From positions 1-64,000 of the forward strand of contig KZ538261.1 in NCBI GenBank assembly GCA_000934665.2: 64,000 nt of DNA, read 5' to 3'. The notes beneath the pieces were generated by a model. That model worked only from the letters and a program-made list of their open reading frames with translations. It did no database searches and was not told where the DNA came from. Numbering within the stretch: the first letter of the stretch is position 1; each line of letters starts with the position of its first letter. The translations under genes and the position numbers were made by a program. This DNA is from Catajapyx aquilonaris. Lineage: Eukaryota. Of the stretch, positions 1-12,284 are shown one piece after another.

Positions 1-119
1 CTTTCTGGATGCGCCTCGTAATAATAGAAATATGTTATGTTTTCATTTTTTATCCAAATAATGATGGCAAGAAATAGTTCACATTAACAAAAAATGTCTT
101 TGAAATGTATTTACGAAAG

Positions 120-259
120 TATCTAAATACTTTTGGTGTATTTAGTATTTAGTATCTAATTACTTTTGGTGCATTTAGTATTTAGTATCTAATTACTTTC
201 TTATTCAGTATTTAGTATTTAGTATTTAATTACATTCAAGTCTTTAGTGCCCATCCCTG
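120..259. repeat. Short AT-rich tandem repeat (~33-bp units built on TATTTAG), possibly the end of a non-autonomous TE
   Basis: tatctaa(a/t)tacttttggtg(t/c)atttagtatttag occurs twice plus a degenerate third copy, ending at gcccatccctg. Confidence 0.55.
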
Positions 260-905
260 TGTATATTTATGATGTTGGCTGCGTGGTTGGTGGAATCTTT
301 GCTTGCCCCATCACATCACTTCGATAACCAAGCATGTATCTTCATCATCATCATCATTTACTTCGCGGCATAAATCCTGTATGGGTAGCCTGTAGCCAGC
401 GGAGTCCAGGTTACACCTGTCCTCCTCGTATGACCGACAAAATGAAGTCTCTGGTGGATGGTCAGGCCACGCAAAGGGACCAAGCACGTTTCGATATTAT
501 GTTATGTAACTCCCTGGTGTATTTTGGATTGACATGCCTGCAGTAACTATAGTGTCGTTTGAGGAAATACCCGGTGTCTTAGTTACGCTGGTAATTTGGA
601 GGACACTATGGCCTTAACATGTGATACGCAACGTCATCAGCATTTGGATTGCATTCCCATTCCGAATGTGCGATTTAGGAGAAGACCAATAGGCCTACTA
701 TCCTGTCATCTACAAGGAATAATATTCCTCAAGTCTTCACCTCCGGTCAGGATACTCATCAGTAAGCTAACCTTTCAATCTGATATACTGTATAACCGTC
801 GCATAGGTCCTATATACTGTATAATAGTCTATTAATATCTACTATGATAAGTTTTGTCACCAGCATATACAATAAGTTTCAGGTTTTGGAACTACAATTT
901 AGAAC

Positions 906-3900
906 ATGGATAATTTTCTTTCTGATCGATATCATGATGCAATTGATTCTTCTACCTCCGATATCTGGACAAGAATCAATCCACCGAAACGTACCACGCC
1001 GATGCATTCAAAGATGAAGGGACTAGCATGGAGTACCCTAAATCGCAGGGTCATGTCTCAATCGCGTCCGACCAGAAAGAAAATCAAGAAATCTGCATTT
1101 GTATTCAAGTGCGTCAAGGAATACTGCGATAACACTTCATTACATGGACTCAAGTACATTACTATGGACTCAAACTGTACATGCGAAAGGTAGATTATGT
1201 ACAATTATTTAGTGTAGAGTGAATAGTATATACATCACGCTTTTTCGCACTAAAGAGGGTCAGATATGCTTGAGACATGGCGGCATGTAGTTCCTATAAT
1301 TATGCTCAAAGCATAGAAATTGTGGTGACTTGTGTCTGTATAATTAACGACATGGTGACGGCATCTCGAGCGCGGCTGGTCCTCTATAGTGTAAATGCAC
1401 CTGTTGTGTTGTTTTGTGATGAAAAGGTACCACTTCCAGGGTCCTGTGGATATTATTTTGCATCTGTGCAACATTAGGAACGGCTTACTACTTGCATCCT
1501 ACTTTTGAGAGATACATGGAGACGCCTATAGCTACAAATATAGCTTCAGTGTCGGAACCAATATGGAATATCCACTTTCCAGGAATTACTATTTGCAATG
1601 TGAACAAGGCGATCAAATCACGGGTCCGTGACATGCTTCATAAGCCGAGGTGAATTTTATATAATGGCTTATATTAAAACAGAGATGAATAGAATATAAT
1701 GCAGGATCACAGCATACCAAATTCCTCTTTCAATCCTGTCCTGTTTCAGATGGAGCCAATATTCTACGGAGATTATTGATGCTATTGTAGATAATATGGC
1801 CAAGATTGGAGAGGTGGATACGAATATGTGGTCATCAAGTAACGTTCCAAAAGAGGATTTCGAAAGGGCAATTGGAGAATTGACCGGTGAAGACCTGAGT
1901 GTATTAATGAGAGCGGTAAGGGAGGAAAAAGTAACTTAGAAAAAACAATGCACGTATATGTAGGGCGTTTCAATATTGTAATGTCCGTAGTTCTTAGTGA
2001 TTTTTCCAGTAATCTTCTAATAAATTGCACAGTTTTTGTGATTAGCAAAAGTATCAGCTGCTAATAAAAATCCAAATTAAATCAGCAATTCCTTCTTTGT
2101 ATCGCAATATAATTAGCTATTTCTTATTTGAACATTTGGCATCTATCGTAAAAGAAACAATTCATTTTCAGACTAGGACCCCTTTTTGAGCTATAAAAGC
2201 TAATGTACTTACGACCTCCTATTATTAGCAGCTAATAATGGCGAAAAAAATGTTAAAAACGTTTGGAGGTATAAGTTACAATTTGAAATTACCAGATTAA
2301 GCCCAATACTCATAATGACAACTATGGATATTTCAATGGGTATACTTTGCAAATGGAAAATTGTGGCATTTCTATGCCTGGTCTTTACACTTTATGCCTA
2401 CATGTGACTTTTCCGGTTTTCCTACAGGTGATGCAGCCAATTGAACGTATGGCAATTGCCTGCTGGTGGATAAGTGAGCCAGTAAACTGTTCAGACATTT
2501 TTCAACCCATGGCGACAGATGCAGGATTTTGCTGGGGATTCAACGTGGGAGTCCGGATAGAAAGGTAACTAAGGCATGCATATACTAGAATATATTACAA
2601 ATGGTCTAGACTAGGCTAGACATAAGTATTGTGCCTGTGTGCATGGTATGTATTTTGAAGTGGTTCAAAAATAGTGTCACAATTGTACTACCTGTGATAC
2701 AATCTTGTCCCCTGTATTAGGATAAGTACCGCCTGGGCGTAGAACGTCAAATAATAATTTATTCCAAAAATCTTCCTGGCGTTATGACCTTCATTAATTA
2801 CCACTTGATTATGTGCTGTACATCAAATATTTTTTTACGTCCGTGGTACCAAATTTTGTAAGCCTGTGTCGAGCACCTCTTTCGCCACACCAATTTTTTC
2901 GCTCCTTGGTCAGTCTCCTGACAACAAAATTTAGCAGAATTTGGGGTAACATGTTAAGATCTTCCGTTTATAGGTCTGGGCCATGGTCATGTAACGTTTT
3001 TGATCTTTGTGGCTCAAATGTCTTCCACTGAAAGTGTTGGAGTATAGGACTGACGACATTGCCTGACTGCTCATTTTAGTCTTTGGACAGGCCTTCTCAA
3101 AGTCTGTAACAGCTCCAAGGGTGCGAGCACGAACACTGTGGTCGTCACCTTGCACTTAGTGACCTTCACATGCTTCACCGTATGAAATATTATAGGCTGA
3201 AAAATAGGGAGAGTCAAAGATGCGAATAAATGGGATTGGTGATCGTGCTCAACACAGTTAATTTGTTTGCAGGTCTACTACAGTAATGTTCTAAAAGTAT
3301 TTCCATATAGACATGTTGATTGTTGAGCCTGTCAAATGGTTAAAAAAGGTCTGCGGTGCGACTTAATTATGTAGATTTGAATATTATTCTTTAAGAAACT
3401 GGCGGCCAAACTATTCTCTTAATGCGGTAATATTTACAAGTATGACTATCACTAATATGGAACATTTGAGTTAGTTGAAGCATTATTTTGCGCGACTCAT
3501 ATTGTATATATAGGAATAATCTGGAAGTACTACTTATTTGCAGAAACATTTGAGTTAGTTGAAGCATTATTTTGCGCGACTCATATTGTATATATAGGAA
3601 TAATCTGGAAGTACTACTTATTTGCAGAAAATCTGTAAACGGAGCCGGACCAAACGTGGGATTAGTCGTCCTTCTGAATCCAGACGCGCATGAATACTTT
3701 TCATTTTCTAGTGACATTCATGGATTCAAGGTACTATGGTTTTACTTATTTCTGTCATATATTTGCTTCTTAATGTTTTCTCTTCATTTTCCGGTGAATC
3801 CGGAAAAACCCTGTTTCCAGGATGGATTTTGCGATGTATCCTACCAAAATATTATAACAGAAATAATCGTGAAACATCGCAAAAACCCTCATGGAAGGGA

Positions 3901-5076
3901 TCCTTACCTACAGTATAATTATTATTAATTTACTAAGGCATGTCTTTCTGCAGGTGAAGATTGATGATCCTAAAGAATTCCCATTCGTGGCCTCGAAGTC
4001 ATTTTTAGTGGAATCTGGCAATGAGGTGCACATGGCAGTAACTCCAACCGCGTCTAGAAGCTCAAAACGAATTAGAGAAGTACCCGCATCAAAACGAGTT
4101 TGTAGGTATTATGATGAGAGGAAACTAACACATTTTCCAAGATACACCCGCAGCCGTTGCCGCTTGGAATGTGCCTTCGTGTCTATGAGAGAAACATGCG
4201 GCTGCGTCCCTTATATGTACTCTACCTTGAGTGAGTATGTATGTTCACTTCAACGTACAGTATTTTAATATTCAGTGTTCTATAACCTGAGGTACATTGT
4301 ACTACTAATTATCCGGATGCGGATTATCCGCGCATCGCCAAAAGAGGTTAGAAATAAAGGTCCGCAAGAATGCCAATATGTCCCACAAAGATAATTAATT
4401 ATGTAACATACTTTTTCCAGAAGACAAATTTAAAATATATAGTAAGTTACATTATTTTGATTTAAACCTTATTTAAAGCAGTATACATATACTGCATGAT
4501 TGTATAGCAGTTCATTCATAACCTCTGGACGGCTTTTTTTCCTTGCCTATGACCATTTTCGGATTATCCAGTCACACCAGTGCATAAATTAGCACGGATA
4601 ATCGGGAGTACAGTGTATATGATTCCTGAATAGATCTCACGGAATAGGCTCAATAATTTTAAGTCACGCAATAATTCCTTTGTATACTGGGAAATACTTT
4701 TCGAATGAATTCTAGCCAATCAAACTGTCTGCAACTACACAGGAACGCAGTGCATCAACAGACATACGAGTAAGTAAGACTGTACTTACACTGGGTTTCT
4801 TGCCCATATACTGGGGGGATTTTATGTAATACCATTATCCTCACATACACAATCATCAAAATCAGAGTGGATTATTTCTCCTGTGATATGTTTCTTATTG
4901 GAGGGACATATTGATGATGTAACTCAACAAAACTGGGACGAGAACCCCAGTACTTAAGCTTCTATTTATTAATATTCAATAGTGTACTGTACATGCACAA
5001 ATTTCTTCAAATACAAAATGGGAGAAAATCACATCACCTTCCTCCCACATAATGTCCAATATACATGAAGCTGAGA

Positions 5077-5158
<82 letters not shown>

Positions 5159-7058
5159 TACACATGATAATGAGCAAAAGCGTTCCATTTTTTCTCTGAT
5201 TATGTATTAAAAATCCATAAAAACTGACAAGGGAAGGTCACGGGGTGATAATGACGGATCTTGATGAAATTGATCATGCTAATACAGGACAATATAATTA
5301 TGATACACAAAAATTAAATATTTCGTGCGGAACCCCATATTTGCAAAAGTTATGGCGTCTTAAAGTTCCAAAAATAAGACATTTTCATACTCCATGGGAT
5401 TACATTAGCGACCACATATAATGAGTTTGAAGTGTGCAATCACAGTTTCTAGACCTTTTCTCATTCTTTCAGGGAGCATGTGAATCGATATATCGTAACC
5501 TAGGCAACATATCGATTCCAGTATCGGCTTGGTCGATAACATCATGGCGGCCGATGACGCTCATTGCAAACTTGTCCAACGTCAGGAATAAATTCCACAG
5601 CCCCTGTGCCAGAAAGTCAGGCAAAACCCGGAGTAAATCCCAGAAAAACACGGTCAGGAATACACGGAAACTAACTTCGAAATCCAACGATAACCCGCCC
5701 GTAAAGTAGACTTGTGCGGATAGAGTGAACCCGGAAGACCGGAAGTGGCGTGTCACCAGAAGTTGACCATGAAACCTATTTTGGTCACGCTCAATCCGAA
5801 TATGAAAACCGTTTGTCGCTATCTCTTACGGTTTAGACCTTGATACCTGTCCACAGACAGACGGACGGACGGACGGACGGCCAGAGCCGTTCTGTAGGAC
5901 TTTTTTCCGATGAGAAAAGGTCTAGAAACTGATTACACACTTCAATGTCATTATATGTGGTCGCTAATGTAATCCCATGGAGTATGAAAATGTATTATTT
6001 TTGGAATTTTAAGACGTCATAACTTTTGAAAATATGGGGTTCCGCACGAAATATTTCATTTTTGGGTATCATATATTGTCCTGTATTAGCATGATCAATT
6101 TCATCAAGATCCGTCATTATCACCCCGTTTTTGGCACTTACTCGTAGAGCTTTGTGCATGTCCACTTTTCAATATATTATTACATTGACAAGACAATATT
6201 ATGCATTGCAGCTAAATTTTTAACTGTTACTCCGGATAGAATAATTAAAGGATTAATGAATATCACATCAATGGACTCTTGCGACTGCCCTCCCACCTGC
6301 AACTTTGCCACTTATAGTTGTGAAATAAGCATGGCCAACTTTCCAAAGCACCCCCAAGACCTTAAGAATGTTCCGGAAGGTATTGACAGGTGTGTTAATT
6401 AAGTTATTATTAATAGCTTTAGATGTTTAGAACATTCGTTGATGCATGTTAGTATATACGAATGCCGAAAATAATACTGTTTTTTGTGTCATTTGAACGG
6501 CTTAAAGCAAGCCTGTAAATCCCTATCTCAAAAAGAGATGAGTTACAAAATGTATAGCATTTCAGAAAACACAGCTATTTCATTTTTATCTACTTGTATG
6601 CCTCAAAATATAACCATTCACGGTTAACTGCCACCACAACATAAGTTATAATATGTAACATCATCGCAAATGTTGATGCATTTCTTCCTGCTGGATTCCT
6701 GCTCATAGCTATACTATATATTTTCCTTTTTCCAGAAGCAACTTGGTGCTTCTCAAAGTGTTCTTTAAACAGGAAAGCTTCGTAGTATTCCAACAAGATG
6801 TGACCTTCACAGCAAACGATTTCATTGGTAAATACGAACTGTGATACGAACTTGTGCTTGGAATTGATGATGATAACGACGATGATTCATATTCCAGCGT
6901 CATTCGGGGGCATTGTTGGCCTCTTCATCGGATTCAGCTTTGTCAGCTTGGTAGAGCTCATCTACTATTTCACTATCCGGCCAGTGATTCAATGGAGAAG
7001 GTCAAACACAAATAAAATTAGGCAAATGACACCCTTGCGCCACAATATGCTACCTTGA
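906..7058 (+). CDS. DEG/ENaC (pickpocket-like) sodium channel subunit, copy 1; 10 coding exons, 553 aa
   Basis: Exons 906-1189, 1440-1649, 1750-1915, 2428-2564, 3628-3730, 3954-4230, 4716-4769, 6212-6389, 6736-6827, 6898-7058; all GT-AG, total 1662 nt, in frame. Motifs YCDNTSLHG, TM1 VLWILFCICATLG, FPGITICNVN, GFCWGFN, CRLEC..CGCVPY, CDCPPTC, TM2 ASFGGIVGLFIGFSFVSLVELIYYF. Confidence 0.92.
1248..1391. mobile_element. Degenerate MITE-like insertion in intron 1 of copy 1
   Basis: Imperfect terminal inverted repeats cactaaagagggtcag..gcttgaga / tctcgagc..ctggtcctctatagtg. This intron is 250 nt versus 59-71 nt in the paralogs. Confidence 0.45.
3461..3628 (+). repeat. Exact 84-bp tandem duplication that includes the exon-5 splice acceptor of copy 1
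   Basis: 3461-3544 is identical to 3545-3628 (aacatttgag...cttatttgcaga). Confidence 0.95.
4295..4615. mobile_element. Tc1/mariner/pogo-type MITE in intron 6 of copy 1
   Basis: Imperfect ~21-bp TIRs cattgtactactaattatccg / cggataatcgggagtacagtg, flanked by TA at 4293-4294 and 4616-4617; internal ggattatcc subterminal repeats. Confidence 0.7.
5079..5158. repeat. (ATT)n microsatellite in intron 7 of copy 1
   Basis: Pure trinucleotide run. Confidence 0.95.
5240..6128. mobile_element. Foldback/MITE-like element with ~220-bp terminal inverted repeats in intron 7 of copy 1
   Basis: 5240-5464 is the near-perfect reverse complement of 5910-6128 (acggggtgataatgacggatcttgatg.. / ..catcaagatccgtcattatcaccccgt); internal (GACA/GACG)n run at ~5852-5880. 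Confidence 0.85.
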
Positions 7059-8552
7059 ACAAATCTGCACAAGACATCAGTACTAGCAATACAATCATGT
7101 CTACAGTGTGCCATTATGAACGATATGATGGTGTCGAGGGTGCTGATTTTTCCACATAAAAATGAGCCAGAAATAGCTGATACTGCGTATAGGAGCCAAT
7201 ATGAATTAAAGCCAACCGTTACATACTCTTCTATTGTTACAAATCGCATATTTTGCTTTTTAAATTTTATGAATATCTATTGTTGTAATAATATTATGAA
7301 TTACCTGGAAAAAATAAAATGTCCTCAATATTATGACGTATGTTCTTTAGTTACGTTGTCGCAATTTAAAATGTCTAGCTAAGAAGATGATTATAATTAT
7401 GCATTACAGTATATTATATCATCTCTACATGACGTGTTACACAAGATTAGACTATAGAGTGATGCAATACCCTATACACTCGCCTACACCGCTGGGTCTT
7501 ATTTTTGGTTTGCGTCATATCAACTAGGTAACAGGAGTGTCTTGGATATTGGGTAGCGGAGACAACTGCATTAAGCCGTCAAATTAGGGCGTTCCTAGGA
7601 ATGCGACATCAGCAGGAGCCAATGACATGCCCATTGCGATTTTTGCTTTGACTGATCGACTCGTGTCATTATTCGTACTTCAATTATAGGAATTCTACTA
7701 CACTGATCAGGACACGGAAAGTGAGCTTGGCCCAGCAACTTTATTAGTTAAGTATACCCGCAGTTTACTCTACCTTTGGTGGTCATTAATTATTATTTTA
7801 TGCCCGTTGTGTCATGGACAGGCTTGCTGATTCTATATTTTGGCCCGGACTTTATTTAATATCTACCCTTTGATCTGTCACAATCAGTTTGTGCCATCCG
7901 CAACATACGTCCAATACTCTCATAAGTGTTTCATGGACCAAAAAAGGAATATTAAATATTCCTTTTCTTTGTCAATGAAACACTTATGTGGTTCGTGTAC
8001 AAAAATTCACAAATTCACAAATTTTTGTACACGAACCACAACCACATTGAAACTGTTGGCAGGAAGAATAATTATTCACCGATTGCACCAACAAAATTAC
8101 AGATTCGATAGCTCCCAACAGATCGTTAGCACACGTTAAAAAGGCTACCTAACGATCTGGTAGGAGCTATATCGAATCGGTAATTCAGTTGGTTCAATCA
8201 GGGATATGCATTGCCTAGTTTCACACCAAGCATAATTAATTATGAAGATAACAATATAATGTAACGTAATGCTCAAATAATCATTACTACACTCATATCC
8301 GGCTCCCTGGGCAACCATTGACTTTTTCCTCATATTTTGGTGCAGGTGCGCATTAAAGACTGGTTTCCCAATACCTAATTATATCGAACAGTCATTCTGA
8401 TTGCTAAGAAACAATGTGCGTCATTCCATTAATGAATAATGCATGTAATGCAAGTGCATATACTGTACAGAATCACTTAAAAAGATATCTTACTATAACA
8501 GTAAAATGTATTTTCTACAAAACTTTCAGGTTTTGAATGGATTTCTTGTAGA

Positions 8553-11024
8553 ATGTACAATACTGACAATCAGCATTTTGGCGCCAACTTTGCCTTTCCT
8601 TACGAGAACTGGGCAAGAAACAATGCAGCGACAAATAGGCCTTCCTATTATTCACGGGCCGAGGAGCTAGCAAGGAATGCATTCAAACGGAGTCACTTAT
8701 TATCAGCACAATCGTATCAAACAAGCAAGAAGATCAAGAAATCTGAATTTGCTTACACATGCGTTGAGGATTACTGCAAAAACACTTCACTTCATGGATT
8801 CAAGTACATTACTGACAACTCTAACTTTAATATTGAGAGGCAGGGCACTGTTCATTATATAATATGCCAGGAATATTTAGGCAGTCTGAACTAACAGGCT
8901 TCATTTTCAGAATACTATGGATAGTATTTTGCATCTGTGCAACATTAGGAACAGCATACTATCTGCATCCTATTTTTAAGAGATACATGGAAACACCAAT
9001 CACCACTACTATAGCGTCAATGTCAGAACAAATATGGAACATTCCTTTTCCAGGAATTACTATATGCAATGTGAACAAGGCCATGAAAAAAAGTGTGCTT
9101 GCTCTGGAAAACAACTCGAGGTAGGCCTACACATTATTAGCTTTATTATTTTCTATATCAGCATAATTATGGTGTACATTGATGGCATCACAAGAATAAT
9201 GCAATCCCTCCTCATTTTCAGGTGGAACAAATATTCTGCACCCCTTTTGGATGCTATGGTCGATTACATTGCCAAAATTGGTAACACGGATACAAATAAG
9301 GATTTTACAAATGAAGTGACAAAAGAAGATTTTGAAAAGGCGATGGGAGAACTGTCTGGTGCAGATATGTCCAAATTGATGAAAGAAGTATAAAGCGATT
9401 AAAATCCATAAATTCCTAAAGTGGACAATCTCGTCTTACACCAACATATCATGTAACATTATGGTCTGAACCTATTCCCAGGTGATGCAGCCAATCCAGC
9501 GCATGGCAGTAGGCTGCTGGTGGATAAGCACCCAGGTCAACTGTTCAGATATCTTCCAACCCAGAGAGACAGACGCAGGGTTGTGCTGGGCATTCAACTC
9601 TGCGATACTGGAGAAGTAAGTGTATGATGGATACACGTAACCTAATATTATCAGCAAATACTTTTGATAACAAAAGTGGCTGCTAAGCAGTGTAATGTCA
9701 GCAAATAGCCACAATATGGTATGCATTTTGCATCACTTCTGTGATATGCAAAATTACGAATTTGGCTGCAAATGACCACAATTATTACCTTTCAATCCCC
9801 AAACTCCATGGAATAATTTAACTCATTTATTTACAGCAAATCGAATGTCCCAAAAAGAGTGAACGGACCTGGCCCAAGCGTTGGATTAATTGTTTTGCTG
9901 AATCCAGATGTAGAAGAATATTATTCATACACTAATAACTTGAACGGATTCATGGTAGGCCTACTCGATTTTGAAACAGTCATTTTAGGAAGAGCTCAAA
10001 ACAGGACCCTGATATTCGAAGGGGGGTAGGGGGCTAGTTGTGGCTAAATATAATTGTTGTGTCCTCTGGCACTTTTTCTGAACTGACAGTTTGCATTGGT
10101 GATTTTGTCATTGCAGTGTGTTTAATTATTATTATCCGTTGAATATCATTCTATTGAATATTCGTAATAAGTTACAGTATGTCGATTATTTTGGTGCAGG
10201 TCAGGATTCATTCCCCATATGATTTTCCCCGCGTTGCCTCAAAGTCATTTATAGTGCAAGCAGGCACAGAGGCTTACGTGGCAGTAACTCCAACAGCTAC
10301 AGGAAGCACAGGAAGAATTAAAGGAACCCCTCAATCCAAACGTTCATGTCGATATCCTGAAGAGAGGAGTCTCAATTATTTTGATAACTATTCCTACACC
10401 AACTGTGGTTTGGAGTGTGCCTTGGCCTCCATGCAGAACACATGCGGCTGTGTTCCTTACATGTACTATCAATTGCGTGAGTTTTCTTCTAATAATATTT
10501 TGCTAAACTTATTTTTCAGTACAGAGGTCATAGTAGTGTTTGATCTACGTAATATTTTACTTACAGCTAACCAGAGTATCTGCAATTATGAAGGAATGGA
10601 ATGTATCAACAAGCATACAAGTAAGTACAGGTCCGATTTATAGTCCGGTTTATAGTGTGTTTGCAAAAGTTAATAGGTTATCGAATGAGAAACTGGACCT
10701 GTTCTTCTTCTACAATGAAAGCCAATTAATTTGATAATTTCCTAATGCACTGTGCCATTGTTCATTGCAGCAAAATTTTTAACTGTTACTCCAGATAAGG
10801 AAGTAGGAGGCTTAATAAATATCTCATCCATGGCCTCTTGCGACTGCCCTCCAACATGCTGGATGGTAACCTATAATTACGAGACGAGTGAGGCCACATT
10901 TCCCAAGTATCCCCAAGATCTCACGCATGTGGCGGATGATATTGACAGGTGCGGAACACTGTTACAGTATTTTCACATCGTATCCTTAGCACACTTTTTT
11001 CTTAATAAGCTAGTAAGAAAATAT

Positions 11025-11105
<81 letters not shown>

Positions 11106-11527
11106 GCAGGCAATAAAGTTCACTTCCTGTTCTGATATGATATTTTCTACATTAAAAACTAAGACGATGCAATGTACAGAGACAAAATGAACTTTGCGGT
11201 TGTTTCAGGAGCAATTTAGTTCTTCTTCGAGTGTTCTTCAAACTGGAAACATACGTGCAATATGAAATGGATTTGGTGTTCACCGCGAACGACTTCATTG
11301 GTATGACTCAACAAAAAGAATAAATTGAAAATCTGCAAGGGATTAAAACTGTGACTGTTATTTCAGCTGCATTTGGTGGTATTGTTGGTCTGTTCATCGG
11401 CTTCAGTTTTGTCAGCTTCGTTGAGCTCATATTCTTTTTCACCATCAGGCCAGTGCTTCGATGGAAAATTTTGCAGAAAGACACAACAAGAAAAGTAACT
11501 CCTCTCCACCACCGATTGCTACCTTGA
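8553..11527 (+). CDS. DEG/ENaC (pickpocket-like) sodium channel subunit, copy 2; 10 coding exons, 558 aa (needs a GC-AG first coding intron)
   Basis: Exons 8553-8839, 8911-9120, 9222-9387, 9482-9615, 9837-9954, 10200-10476, 10567-10620, 10771-10948, 11209-11300, 11367-11527; 1677 nt in frame. Motifs YCKNTSLHG, FPGITICNVN, CGCVPY, AAFGGIVGLFIGFSFVSFVE. Donor at 8840 is GC. Confidence 0.88.
11026..11105. repeat. (TAA)n microsatellite in intron 8 of copy 2
   Basis: Pure trinucleotide run. Confidence 0.95.
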
Positions 11528-11589
11528 ACCTACAGTATATGCAACCACTGTGGCACTGTATATGACTCATATTACGCTAACATTCCGAT

Positions 11590-11595
11590 AATAAA
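11590..11595 (+). terminator. Candidate polyadenylation signal, copy 2
   Basis: AATAAA about 60 nt after the stop codon. Confidence 0.5.
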
Positions 11596-12224
11596 TACAG
11601 AAGGTTCAAAACAATATTGTGATCGTCCTTTTGTCTGAACTTCTAATATTGAGCGTAAATCCTGCTCGCGCACACGCACTGAAACAAATATAATTATTAT
11701 TATTCTCCTTGCAAAAACGATGTGCATTGCACCGTTAACGTACTACACATGGATTATATACAACCCCACAACGGCAACAATATTGGCTTTTAGGATTTCT
11801 TCATTGATCACGTAGTTTCTGAAGAAGCTGTTACATAACCCTTACGCCCAATATTATGCACTGAGCGACGCAACGCGTGACAGTAACTGTCACATTATTT
11901 TGCACATTATGATGAAACTGGCGTGCGGCTCTACGGCCATTTCTTTATCACTAATGAAGTGGCATTTATGGGTACATTGCCAATCAATCGTCACTTGAAG
12001 GGCAAATGCAATGAACTTGATGAGAACTTAGCTCGACTCCATTTTCGCTTTGGGACCTGTTGCTGTGTTGTGCGTAGCCAGAGCAATGGGCGGTGTCCAG
12101 GAGCATTTTTAAATAGATACACTACTCGCGTGCAAATGAATCGTCAATAACGTATGACGCAAAAAAATTTGTGGTGACAACGTCAATTAATAACACATAG
12201 AGCCGTATACTGAAGGACAAAGTG

Positions 12225-12284
12225 TCAGTTTATTGAAACGACTAGTGCTGATAAGAGTGAGCTGCAAAAGGAAAGGAATCCGAG
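12225..12284 (+). promoter_or_regulatory. Putative initiator (TCAGTT) and non-coding first exon of copy 3
   Basis: TCAGTT at 12225-12230, strong donor GAG|GTGAGT after 12284, acceptor tttcag at 13520-13521 just before the ATG; same layout upstream of copies 4 and 5. Confidence 0.5.

Noticed and set aside
334..835. ORFs upstream of copy 1 (334-546, 596-835)
   Set aside because: No motifs, no similarity to the channel exons and no consistent splice structure.
4976..5188. Poly-Asn ORF (and the poly-Ile tail of ORF 10752-11135)
   Set aside because: Translations of intronic ATT/TAA microsatellites.
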